Below are positions 12,241 to 24,274 of a stretch of 32,388 nt of DNA, piece after piece. The notes beneath the pieces were generated by a model, which saw only the letters and a list, made by a program, of their open reading frames with translations, was not told where the DNA came from and made no database searches. The stretch is from Coniocarpon cinnabarinum (Eukaryota). The translations under genes and the position numbers were made by a program. The stretch spans positions 186,001 to 218,388 of the forward strand of contig JAVECO010000014.1 in NCBI GenBank assembly GCA_051942205.1, read 5' to 3'. Within the stretch, counting starts at the first letter, position 1. The number at the start of each line of letters is the position of its first letter.

Positions 12241-12792
12241 TCACCCCAGCTCATTCTCCTCCTCACTTCCACTCCCCGGCAGCTCACCCACCGTTCCCCT
12301 CCCATACAGCTCCACATCCTCATTTTCCCCCTCCTGGCAGTCCTTCCTCGCCTCACTCACTCCGAATTCCTTAGGCCACCACTCACACTTCCTCCACTCC
12401 CTCACGTCCCCCACCACGCCCACAATCTCACCCCCAAGTTTATTCTCCCGTGCATCGAATGCCTTGCAATCAACAAGCACGAAGCCCCCACGTCGGATGA
12501 AGAGGGTGTTGCGCAGCTTTTTTGGAAGCTCGACGAGGATATCACGGTTTGTCTCTGCAGAAGACTCGGGATGTGCAACAGGAGAGGTAGATTGCGATTG
12601 TGGGGGAGATGGGAGTGACGTTGGTATTTCTGATGAGGCTGCGGAGGATGGGAGTGTGGGTAGCCGGACGGAATAGAGATTTGAGCCGAGGGGTTTGAGA
12701 ACTTGGGCGATGGTGTGGCTTGTGGGGAGGGTTGTGGGAGGTGTGCTGGCGGCGGTGGCGGTTGCGAAGGTGGAGCGCTTGGTGCGTGGCAT
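12241..12792 (-). CDS. eIF1A-domain (EIF1AD-like) S1/OB-fold probable RNA-binding protein
   Basis: ATG 12792, single exon. IAQVLKPLGSNLYSV, LVELPKKLRNTLFIRRGGFVLVD, KLGGEIV, WRKCEWWPKEF and the acidic tail VGELPGSGSEEE match EIF1AD-family features. Confidence 0.8.
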   Translation of the reverse strand: MPRTKRSTFATATAASTPPTTLPTSHTIAQVLKPLGSNLYSVRLPTLPSSAASSEIPTSLPSPPQSQSTSPVAHPESSAETNRDILVELPKKLRNTLFIRRGGFVLVDCKAFDARENKLGGEIVGVVGDVREWRKCEWWPKEFGVSEARKDCQEGENEDVELYGRGTVGELPGSGSEEENELG

Positions 12793-12994
12793 TTGATTGA
12801 AGCTCAACTTGTCGCGAGCTCAGTGTACACGCGCGGGAATGTTATTATGGTGAAGAGAAGGGTCGTGTATAAAAAAATTAATGGTGAAGGAAGGTGAAGC
12901 GAGCTGTGGCTGGTGAGGTTGTGGCGCGGACGGCCACTGATTGCACTTTTACTCATCTAGCTTTGAACTAGACGCAACATATCTGGCATAGACC

Positions 12995-15311
12995 TCATGC
13001 TTTTTGTCCCTCGATGATCCTCTGAAGCCTCCTAAAAGGCTCCGAGCCCACCGGTATGCGACTCGTCCCGGAAGCACGCATGAAAGCCAGATCCCCAACA
13101 TCATCACGCAATTGACCCTGCATCCTACTCGCGACATCTTGAAGCTTGTGGCGATCAGTAATGCTGCCTTCCGGAATGTCCCAGCCATCCAACTTGTGGA
13201 ACAATAGCGCTAAGCTTGAGCTCTTCCAGACCACCGCTCGCTTCTTATGAGTCTGTATGATTACGATGATAAGGAGTAGGATGGTGAGCACCATCAGTGT
13301 GATTGGAAGCGCAAGCCAGCCCCATTGTACATGGATGAAGGTAGTGGTCTGGTAGGCCCGGCCCGGCAGGAGTGTCTTGTTGCCCGATGTACGCACAACC
13401 TCAGTCCTGGAAGGCTCTTGATTAGCGCTTGCTCTTGATTGGAATATGAGAGCTGGAAGATGCAGCTTACATGGCCTCCCCAATGTTGCGCATTAAGGCG
13501 TCGGTGTCGGGATGATTGGCCAGATATTCAGCAACCATGGGCGTAGCGTCGTCAAAGCTGGTGCCGGTGACATCAGGGTCGTTATTGCGGAAATATTGGC
13601 CACCGGTGTCAGTACCTTGAGACCACGACACGCCAAACAACTGAGCCAGATATGTGGCAAGATTTGCGAAATCGTTCATATTCATGGAGAAGTCCGTGTC
13701 ATTGCCCAATGGGTGGTCTGTATTGGATGGAATGAAATGCATGGTGCCCTCTTGGTTCAGAGAGGTATTAGTAACTGAAAAATTGAGCATCGTCTCCACT
13801 GGTGCTGAGAAGATTTTGGTACCGTTCCGGAAAACGGCATGTTCGTAAGTCTTTGCGCACATCTTAATGCCACAGAACATCTGCTGAGACGGTGGGTAGG
13901 TCCAGTTCTGAGAGGTTGCTTGCTTCACAGCGACAAAGACGGCCAAGTTGACTTCAGTCGCTGGCACCTGGGGTTCTCCATAAGCCGGACCGGTGTACTT
14001 TTGAAAAAGGCGCCCAGTCGATGAGTTCCAAGCAACAAAACTCCAGTCACCGCCTTGAATGTAGGACGAATTGACTTGAGTTGGTCCAAAGTCATACTGA
14101 CAGTATGACTGACTCGATTGATATTCCGTGGAGTTTTTCCAAGAGCAAGTTGATTGGACTTGCCCCGTTACGTCTTCGCAGCTGCCGCAGAAGCCCAACG
14201 TGGTTATCTGTATGATACAGTTAATCATGGGAAGCACAGTCTCAAAGCAGCTTGTGGGCATCCATACTGAGTCCCATTCACATTGCTCATTTGGACATTC
14301 CAGACTGTAACTGGTGTTCGTGGAGAACCCTCCAACAATGGCGGCTTGCATAGTCGGATCTACGTTCTGAGCTATGGCAACGGTCAGTGCTCACCATGTC
14401 GGATTGCACAATAGCCGAACATACCTTGACCGACATTGGGGTTCCTGCCCATGCCAGGGCCATTGTAGCCTGTGGAGTTGGTCACATAGTATGAGCTCGT
14501 TTGAATCCCCGGCTGTGCATTAGCCTTCAAGGACAATCTTTCTGGAAACTCGAAGACCAGCTGGATTGCTGGATCTACGATCAATGATGCCAACATGACT
14601 AAAGCTGCCAGTGTCGCCAGCAAAGTATTTTTATGTTTGAAAATGGACAACTTGAAGGCGCCCTTCATCGCTGGTCAATCTCCAAACTTTTGGACGGGCT
14701 TCTCGCACGGGTCATGCAGAACTTACCCACTAATTCAGGATGTCAGCTTGATGTCCTATACAAGGGTCGACTGCGCTAATGCCGTTCACCTACAGGTCCT
14801 CTGGATGCCTCGTCGAACATAGTCAGATCACTCAGTTTCTGAGGATGTTCTTGAAAGTGCAGCCACTTGAGCTGACTGATGACTTCGGTGACCGCGAGCA
14901 ATGTTGCAGACTTTCCTATCGTACCCAAGAAAGAGACTACTGCATTGGGTGCTATTTTGAGCTTCCAGGAGCTAAGCTCCTTGCCATTCTCGTAAAGTAA
15001 TACGCCAACTATTGCGGCAATACAACAAAGTGAGAAGACGGCTGAGACAATCTCCCAGGCCCTGTGGGACAGGTCAGCTAGCTTGATACATGACACGAAC
15101 AGGTTTTGTAGGCTGCTTACCAAAGCCTACTAGAGGCATTCGACTTCGACTTTGGACGACGATCTCGCTCCTCGTACAAGACTCGATCCGAGCCAACTGG
15201 CGATGGACTAGCGTTCCAGACACTGAGGCGATTGGGAGTCTTCTGTGCCTCCGAGCTGTTTGCACCAGTCTCCAACCGACCAGCGGTTGCGGGGTTAGGA
15301 GAGCCAGACAT
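12995..15311 (-). CDS. DUF3176 family multi-pass membrane protein, ~650 aa
   Basis: Exons 15311-15121, 15061-14794, 14729-14727 (3-nt microexon), 14662-14425, 14371-14268, 14207-13471, 13406-12995; total 1953 nt, divisible by 3. Motifs WAWEI, ISQLKWLHF, LSDLTMFDEASRGP-W-G, DPAIQ, CPNEQCEW..ITTLGFCGSCED, IHVQWGWLALP, VWKSSSLALLFH. Confidence 0.85.
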
Positions 15312-16343
15312 TATAAGATACTGAAAAAATGAAGAACGTGGATAAATTATTATGTGCTTCTACAAACAATGACATAGAGATGAAATTGACCTAGATATAG
15401 CCATTGCGTACATAGCAATGCGGATTCAATGAGGCACAGCAAGGCCGAGTGAAACAACATGCGGCACGGTGGCAGCGGCTACTGAGTCCAATCAAGGTGA
15501 GGAGAACGATCGAATCGAGCGTTTTCAGGCGTTCTCATAGGTCGACCCGACCGTCTCGCGCGTGTGGGAAGCGGCTCACGAAGATACGTGCATGGATCAT
15601 TGCGTCTGAAACCATGCACTTGAGTCGCTTGAATGCATGCGCCTCGTACTGGAATACAGCGTACCCTGTACATTGTGGCCGAGCTCCGCCTGGCAAAGCT
15701 GCTGCAAGGAGTGTACCTGCACATGAATCTTCTACCGCGCATGCGCAGAGCGTATGCCAGGCAAGAGTACCATTGGCAATAACGGCGCCGCCATGAATAG
15801 GGGCAGCATTTGTTTCTTGTGAATTGCAAGTGTACCTAGGCGCTGTGACGTTGCTAGCCCTACACGCTGGGACCCAAAGCAGTTTGGCCACCCGCGCGGA
15901 CGGTCACGAACAAGCGCCCTTGCCCATCCACTAACCCAAGATAGACTTGCGGCGTAGGTAGATGCAAGGGTGGTCAAAATGCTGGAAAGTTGATACATCT
16001 GTCCGTGTGTGCCGGGCAGTTCTGATGAGCTTTGGGCTGATGTATCTCACTACCTTACCACACTCCGTTGTTTTCGGCCAGTGGTCGGTCTTGCGGGTGA
16101 AAGGCATCCGTTCTTGGTCTCACCGCCTTGCCGTCAGCTAGCACGCTATACGATAGATAAACTGACTCAGAGCATTAGCTGACAGCATACCCACTACCAC
16201 CACTCCACTGTCCACTTGCCTGATGTATCTGTGAGTTCTTCAATCTCTTCCTCATCCCAATCTGTTTTGTACCCGGTGGCATTGCCTTCACGCAGCCTGC
16301 AGGCACACCAACCACCTCTTGTCGTGTATCAAAGACACTGACA

Positions 16344-18215
16344 ATGGCCTCCTATGTCGCAGCAAACCTCATCACGCCTGTCAGTAAAACACGCAATGTC
16401 GATGAACACCCAACAGCCCCGGAGGCGAATGCAGCAACCACCCTGCGTCGACCCTCACAGCATTCCTCCCTTCCACGGCCTCTCCATGCAGACCCTGTTT
16501 CAGAGTCATCTCGAACTATCCCATCCCACAGGAACGATGACGGAACGGTTGAAGCTGCTGGCCCAGCTTCGAAACCGTCTGATGTGGAAAGTAGTAACCC
16601 ACCCTCCCCACGTGGAGGTCCTGGTCCCGTCGGTGTTGTGCAGAACTGGCGCAATCCTCCCATCACCAAGTGGCGCGTGCTCAGTACATGCCTTGGAGCT
16701 CTAGGACAAGGTTTCAGCGACAGTGCGCCTGGGGCGCTCTTGCCCTACATCGAAGCGTACTACCATGTCAACTACGCAGTGGTCTCCATGATCTTCGTGG
16801 CAAATGCTGTTGGTTTCATCGCTGCCGCGTTGTTCGTCTATGTGCTGGATCGAAGACTAGGTCGTGCGAAGACTTTGCTCCTTTGTGAGGCCATGAACGT
16901 AATCGCTTTTGCGGTGATGGTCATTCCTCCTCCTTTTCCACTTTTTGTGATTGGATATTTTATCGCCGGATTCGCCTTTGCAGTCACATTAGCCCTCAAC
17001 AATGTGTTCTGTGCCAACGGTAAGTCCCGATTTCCGTGCATGATGCACTCTTGGCCAAGAATCGGCGAGCTGACAATGCTGGATTCAGTCAGTCCGGCCA
17101 CGACTGTGTTGGGAGCGTTCCACGGCGCATACGGAATTGGTGGAACCATAGCACCCCTTATTGCAACTGCTATAATTAATTCGGGAATTCGATTCTCACG
17201 ATTCTATGCTCTCTTGCTTGCCATTCGGATTGTCATTGCCGCAAGCTTGGGTTACACTTTCTGGGACTGGAAACACGAAATTGCGGCCTCGAGCGACGAT
17301 ATTGCGCTCTCGAATCAACATACGCAAACGGGAGCAGAACAGCCTACTCGACCTCCACGAAGTGTGAATCCCAATAGTGGTCAGAAGCCTTCTCAGCTTC
17401 TAGCCGCGTTGAGTCGGCGCCCAACGCTGGTTGGAGCTCTCTTCATATTCGCCTATCAAGGAGCTGAAGTCTCAATTTCTGGTTGGGTGATTTCGTTCCT
17501 GATCACTTTCAGACAGGGGGATCCATCAAAAGTTGGCAATGTTACCGCAGGTATTTCAGCTTAGCCCTTTCAGACTCCTTCGGTGATGGCATGGATGCTC
17601 ATGAATTGTAGGGTTCTGGGGTGGCATTACGGTCGGTCGCCTACTGATATCTCCTCTTGCTCAACGAGCGGGTGAAAAAGTCTCGACGTACGGATTAATC
17701 GCTGGGGCTATTGCATTCGAAGTTCTTGGTATGCTACTCCCAACTTGATTTGATCAGTGGCTAAAGCTACGACATACTGACTGAGACACCAGTGTGGAAA
17801 TTGCAGAGCGTTGTAGGCGACTCTGTACTCATAGCGCTAGTACGCTTCTCGAGACTCGAAACACTTTCAGAGGCTAAGTCTCAACTGACAATGTATGCTT
17901 AGCTCGGCCTGCTTCTCGGTCCTATTTTCCCTTGCGCAACGGTCGTATTCACGAGACTCTTACCGAGAGATTTGCAAAATACAGCCATGGCCTTCATTGC
18001 GTCTGCAGGCAGTTCTGGTGGGGCGATCGCGCCTCTTGTCACTGGACTTGCAGCACAGTCTGCGGGAACATGGGTGCTTCAGTAAGTTATTGATGACTTC
18101 AAAGGATGAAAGGTAAAAAGCTCACCCAAGATCAAGTCCCATTGCGTTGAGCTTATACGTCGTAATGATGCTATGTTGGGCGAGCCTGCCCAAAGTGCCG
18201 AAGAGACGTGATTGA
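16344..18215 (+). CDS. MFS transporter (FucP/Bsc6-like fungal subfamily)
   Basis: Exons 16344-17019, 17089-17550, 17612-17728, 17793-17839, 17903-18081, 18137-18215. GFSDSAPGALLPYIE, FHGAYGIGGTIAPLIAT, FIFAYQGAEVSISGWVISFL, GFWGGITVGR, LLLGPIFP, GSSGGAIAP, VLHPI. Substrate unknown. Confidence 0.9.
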
Positions 18216-18526
18216 GGTAAGTGATGTTTTTGATCAGGACGGTGCACTCCTCGTAGCAGCGTATTCAAAGACAGTCGTTCTACGGAGCAGTGAGGCGCTT
18301 TACCTGCTTGATACCTTGGTTTGAGTGCCAACATGTCACAATTCATGCCTCGGGCTGCTTCGGAGACGTGACCGAACACAAAATTGGATAGATACGCAAA
18401 AAAGCATTAACTTGATATCTAGGCAATGAAGCTCTCACGAAGAAACAACACGTCGACAATGTACAATGAATACGCTGCAATCATCTGTCCAAATATGTCC
18501 TGTGAAAATCATGAAGCAAACCCTCT

Positions 18527-19610
18527 TCACTGACCATCAATTCCTAGCGAAGAAGCCAGACCTGTTACGGAAACAGTCGTCTTTCCCGAGCCAATGTCGC
18601 AGCCTCCGTTCATGTCATCGCCATGGCAGCCAGGGCTGGTTTGATTGTTCAATTTGTATTGATCAAAGCAGTGACCGTACAGAGGACCCCATTGCGATGT
18701 TGGCTGACCCATCGGGCTGGGACATTTGAAGACGCAACTGTCCATGGAGGTGAGGCACCCCGAAGCTGTCGTGGCAGAGATTGAATGTCCCTGCATGTTA
18801 ACCTCACGGCTAACATCAACAGTACCACCGGAGCCCGTGTAAGTGGCTTCAAGCCAGGTTTCGTTGAACTGCCCGTTGGACATGACGGTGTCGGAAAACA
18901 CAGCGGCACATGCTGGACCTTTGGATTGAGTGGTAGGGGCGAATGAAATGGTCTTCTTGTCACCCTTGCTGATAGGAACAGCCAAGACCGGACTCTTGGC
19001 ATTTACCCAGGAGCCATCAGCACCCCAGCAGGTCCAAACGAAATCGTCGTCGGAATCGTTGCAGATTTCCATGGAGTTCTCCTCGCCATTGTCAAGCCCT
19101 TCACAGACTACGGATGAATCAGGTTGGACCTCTTTCATCCCGTAGTTGGAAGTGAAATGGCTGGTGAAATCTGAGAGACTGAAGCTGCTCTGAGCGCTGC
19201 TGTCTGATGTCGTGCTGTCATCGGAGGTGCCGTCATCACCAGAGCTGCCAGATGTCGCGGATGAGCTAGGAGCTGCGGCAGAAGGCTGATTGACCGCCGC
19301 GGCCTTCACGGCAGGCTCGGCTTGGCCAGTGGCAACAGTTGGTGCAACGGTCTGGGCTGGAGCAGAGGCCACGGTGGTGGGATCACAGCCATTGCCTGCA
19401 CCCCAACATTGGCCATTGGAGTAAGTGTATTGGGTTTGCTGAGGACTGTAGAACCGCAATGTTAGTAAGATTCACAGCGCGCTAATTATAAGCATGGTGG
19501 AGAACGTACGCAGCCTCCCGAGCATGGTGGCGATGATGCGGATGCGCAACAGCTGCAAGAGTGCCCGTGGCCAGCGAGGCCAGCGCAGCGGCTGTCAATG
19601 AGTACTTCAT
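18527..19610 (-). CDS. Secreted Cys-rich protein with Ser/Ala/Thr linker, Asp f 4 allergen-like
   Basis: Exons 19610-19510 and 19445-18527 (intron GTACGT..CTAAC..CAG). Signal MKYSLTAAALASLATGTLA, His-rich propeptide HPHHRHHAR, S/A-rich linker, C-terminal domain SWVNA..TISF..NETWLEAT..VDVSREVNMQG..CVFKC..GGC. The gene model is solid; the family call is from memory. Confidence 0.7.
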
Positions 19611-22287
19611 GATGGTCGAAGGCTGATACGAATACTAGGAATTCGACAAGGTATGGTATTTCAACCCTTGATGTTCGAAGGCGTCAGAAGTTAATGGCGA
19701 AGATTGGTGATATGGATCCGCGCTGTATGGATCTAGCCTGGTCTCTTTTTCGAACGAGCGAACGGTATAGTAATGAGCGACTTGGAAGAGCAAGCGTAAA
19801 GGAGTGGACGCAAGACCTTCCCAACAGTATGCCTCTTGGTGAGTGAATGGCTTACGGACCAAAGCAAGACTCGAGAGGAAGGAGGGAAAAAGGAGGGAGA
19901 AAAGAGCGTAGAGGAAGGGCAGGTGGGAAGCGCGTTAGGGCCAGGGGTGGCAGGCTGGGCGGCGGATCCAGCTACGGGAGAATAAGATTACGCATGGCCA
20001 ATTGCAAGAGCCTTGGAGCCCAAGCAACGCGCAGGGGGTGGTCGTGTCATTCGTTCCGGCCGCGCGCATGCCTGTCTGCAAGATGTCTCTTGCGTTGTTT
20101 GCCGTTTCTGCCACAAAGAACACATGGAGAAAGGCGCTTTCAGATGTGAAAGTCGCATAGTTGAGTCTTTGTTCAGTCCATTGATCTATACAATGGAGCA
20201 CTGCATGCTGACCAACCCCATGACGGGCGGGATGACAGTTGGAGGACGCTGGCGATTCCCCCTGGAGAATCCGACCCGAGGACGACGTTCCCGATCGAGG
20301 ATGCCGGCTTCTGTGTCTAGCGCATGCAACGACCACGAATGGGGAGAGCGAGCGTGGCCTCTAGGTCGCAAACGTGCAGATACCCCTGACGGCACTTTAT
20401 TCTGGGCCATTTTTCCCATACACCCGGCGCCGATCAAATTTTTTTCTCGTCGCGGGCGCGGAGAGAATGGACTACGAAATGGATTGCGCAATCTTTTGCC
20501 GACGGCTCGAACATTTTCGCATCTTACTCGCACATTCGATGAAGAGTATGTTTGCGCGTGGAAAGACTCGAAGTGGCGAGTGAGATCCAGCCAGATCTGT
20601 GTGAAACAAGACGAACAGCCAGTCGGGAACGAGAGTGTCTTGGTCCGCGGCGTGATTGGCAGGCTGGGCTCTCAAGACTTTGCCGCTTTAGGGTTTCCTG
20701 CTCAGCGAATAGTAGCGTGGTAACCGCTTTGGGGCCTGCGCGGACCTGAGCCTCATTCTGACTGTGTGCCCTTTATGCCCTTTCAGGTGGGTACCTCATG
20801 CTTGTAACAGTGTGTGACGACGCATGCGATCGCAAGCGGTTTTGAAGAGCCTGACTGGCACATCATTCTCTGTCTACCCCACGTATTTGAAGTCTGGGGA
20901 TAGACTTCGGAATTCAAGACGTCTGCGACCGCGGCTGACTTCCGAGGGCACGGCAATAAGACGATTGCTTTCACGTGACTTGTGCTCTTGAAGGCGCCAC
21001 GTGATTCTTTGAAGATTTCCTGTCTTTCTCCTGCACCATTCGGCTTGACGCCCGTGCTGCTCTTGTTTGTCATGTTATGCTGTTAGATCGATGTCTCTAT
21101 CTGATTTGAGTTCGTCGTCACATGCGGCCCGTCTGCGTGGGTCGCCGTTTTCCAGCTTGGAGCCGCATCTATGTACGACCCAACCCTCGTCCAGTTCCAC
21201 AGCTCGAGTATCACAAGCGATGCCCTACTTCTTTTCGTCCTTCTGACCCTGGTCCTTCAATGCGCCAAAGTGTCTTTCTCTGCCCTGACGTTGGCCGTGA
21301 GGCTTGACTGCACGGGGCCACAAAGATGACGCACAATCAGCATGGCAATGGGATTCTGCGTGTCGGACTTGAAACAAGGCTGACACGCGGCATGCGATCC
21401 TATAACAACGGGTTGTTCCCACGGTCGGCCGTTTGGGGAGTTGCATGGATGTCATTTCAGACCCCAAAATCCATTGAGCTGGGTGGTGGAGGCCACCTGT
21501 CATTGACTGCAAATTTGGCCCAAGATGTCATCTCTGTTTGCGGACCGCTCACGTGACTAGTGCCCGAGCGCCCTGAGTGATCAGAGGCTTGCAACGGTCC
21601 TTGGCTTACATACCAGCTGCGATACCACTTTATACGTTATCTGCGCATTTATTCACTTGTGCACAGCAATATGCCAGGCGTCGAACAGCCCTTCTGCAGC
21701 CACACAAAGTTCCATTCTTTTGTTTGGCAGCAGAGGCAGGACTGAGTTCGTAGCTGAGCAGTCAAAGGGGCCGGATTACAAAAGGCTTGCTAACCTGACA
21801 TTTCTCTCTACGCCTTATCGCAACAATTGATAGGCTCATGAGGATCAATTGTAAAGGCTGGTCTCATCACCCGTCACGAGAGAAGGCTATTGCAGGCATC
21901 TGCGCTCTTTCATACCGACTGACACATTGTTCAGAACCTAGACGTATGTTTCGCAACCTTGCGCGTAACATCTGGTATGTGAGTGGACTCTAGCGTATGT
22001 CATCTGGTAAGACCTAGCAATTTGTGTCCTCAAGTTTGGGTCCACATGGGCGTATCTGACCTTTAAGATACGTGTTCGTGATGTGCTGCGTAGTATCTTC
22101 AATGGTCAGCCAACTTTTGAGCATGTTGGAAAACACCTCAAGTCCATTGTCATAGTCTCACGTTTCAAAAATCAATTCAGATTCGACCTCCCACAATTTT
22201 GTGCATTCCCCCTCACATCGCATATAGTAGGCAGCATCAGTAAGGTTTATATCTGCCTAGTCAAAGTGTGGAGTCAGAGTAGCAGCC

Positions 22288-23015
22288 ATGAGTGCTCCTA
22301 ACACAGGAGTAACGCATCACCACGTACCGGCCTCGACAACCTTCCACACCACCACTGCAGCAGTGACAGCTCCGCATGCCGATGTTTCTGTACCTTCAGC
22401 ACCGCGGGCTGATTTGAGTGCACCCGCCGGGCGAGGCGTCGGCCAAGCTGGGAACAACAGTCTACAAGAATACAAAAAATCAGCCGACGACGAACCCGAC
22501 CACTACTACGATGGTCCGCTCGTCAAACGGAAAGGTGGCGGCGGCAAAGGCGGGGGTGGGGGAGGCAAGGTCAAATGTTCATGCAAGTGCAAGAAGGGGA
22601 AGAAAGGCGGTGGTGGTGGTGGTGGAGGTGCGTATCCCCCTAGAGTCCGCCGAGCTTGACAGACTGTGTTCATACTGATGCTTACCTCGTAGCGGCCTCC
22701 ACCACGACTTCCACCCAGACTGCTCATCCCACCACCAACAACGCCACTTCAACCTCCACCACGACGAGCGCGGCACCAACACATGACAAGCGCGATGAAC
22801 AATACGAACCATCAAATGGCATCAAGTTTGACGAGAATGGCATGCCCATTGTTCGTTCGCCTAGTACCAGTGGCTCCCAAGGGGCGAGTAGCACTGGTGT
22901 GCCGGATGCGACTAGTGGAGCGTCAGGCGGTCCCAAGCAAAAGAACAAGCCTATAAAGAAGTTGGCGCCCATTGCCTTTCTCGCAGCTATCGCTCACGTC
23001 TTCCAGCACGCATAG
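22288..23015 (+). CDS. Orphan low-complexity protein (Thr/Ala-rich, KR sites, Gly/Lys-rich CxCxC segment, hydrophobic C-terminus), ~220 aa
   Basis: Exons 22288-22627 and 22693-23015, joined in frame by intron 22628-22692 (GTGCGT..CTGAT..TAG). ATG context gcagccATG. No recognised domain. Confidence 0.6.
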
Positions 23016-23509
23016 TGACAAGCTTCAAAATGGAGTTAGGGAGCTGTGACAATGGTCTGCGACATGGGCTGCGGAGCTCAGGGTCGGAGCTTTGCGCATC
23101 CATCATTTCTTTAGCAGAACCAATTCTCACTTCTAAAAAGTTTCGTCGTCGTGTTACAACAGTGGCGTTGTGGTTGCACGGTTGTTTTACAATTTAACAT
23201 ATGCCCCACACGACCGCGTACGCTTAAGCAAGCTCCTCGATAAGACAGCCTGCTGCGAAAGTCCCTCTTCGGATCTTTCCATTCTGCAATCTGCGTGAAA
23301 GTATATTAGGCAACGGGCTTCATCTATCAAGACACCCTCTTGTGAGCTCTGTGCAGGAACGGCAGCTGTGAGGCACACGTGACTGGTACTTCTCGTCACA
23401 CAGGTCACCTTGAGCTACCTAAAACTTGCACCAGACTCCTCACACGCTTCATCTAGTAGATGTATTGGTCTTCTACAGCATCTCAAAGCCGGCTGGAATG
23501 GTCCGCCGT

Positions 23510-24274
23510 CTACGCCATGAAAGCACTCGGTATCGTGTCCATTTCGCGTGGACCCGACTCTGGCCGAGGAAGAAGAGAATCGATAGAGGCCCCGTCTTCC
23601 AGTTTCCTAATCATCTCTTCCGGATCAAAGTCCACGCCAAGTGGATTGATACGGAAAGCGTCACCCTCCATGTAGGCATTCGCTTCGTCTGAGGTCTTGA
23701 ACACATCTACCTGCGTCTCGATTTTGTTTCCATCTATGTCGCGATAGTACATCGAGACGGTCGGACCGTGGCTTGCACGCTCGTGAGTCAAGTTGCTGCT
23801 TCAAGAGCATACACGGCTGGGACTTACTTTACACACCACACCGGCTCAAACCCCAGCTGTTTACGCTGCCTGTATGCATACAGCATTTGAGGGAGGTCTT
23901 CATAAGTGAATGCGACATGCTAGGATGCTGGTCAATCTTGCTATCCGCGGCTGTAACTGAGCAGGATGACCTCACCTCCAAGCCAGAGGAGCCGCTGACC
24001 TTTGGCCCAGTGCCGGGTATGTTCATGATCGCGATACCTGTGTATGTTGGAATTCTGTACAGCACGGGCTCGTGTGACTGCTGGACCTACGATGGTGCTC
24101 ATCGTCGTAACTGAGAAAGGCGCCGAAAGCAGCTTGATGGGTGATTCTTGCGCCCAGAAAGTCTTGGTAGAACTTGGTCATCTCTGTTTCCCTCGTCGTA
24201 CGCAGGACGAGATGAGCCAGCTTAGCAGGCGGAAGAACCGCCTCTCCTTTCACAGGCTCAAATTTCGAAGGCAT
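23510..24274 (-). CDS. VOC/glyoxalase superfamily protein (biphenyl-2,3-diol dioxygenase III-like)
   Basis: Exons 24274-24091, 24037-23976, 23919-23828, 23771-23510. KLAHLVLRT, FLSYDDEHHR|IAI, GLE|HVAFTY, VWCVN|HGPTVSMYYRDIDGNKIETQVD, NPLGVDFDPE, with His/His/Glu metal-ligand pattern. Confidence 0.88.

Noticed and set aside
20013..20723. 236-aa ORF in the large intergenic region
   Set aside because: TTG start, Arg/Cys-rich non-protein-like composition and no motifs; lies in the promoter region of the Asp f 4-like gene.
4880..24274. Possible aromatic or secondary-metabolite cluster (AKR, chorismate mutase, MFS, VOC)
   Set aside because: The genes are dispersed among housekeeping genes, with no PKS, NRPS, terpene synthase or pathway regulator in the window.
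23510..24274. Recent horizontal transfer of a bacterial-type VOC dioxygenase
   Set aside because: Three spliceosomal introns and host-like composition; the family is widespread in fungi.
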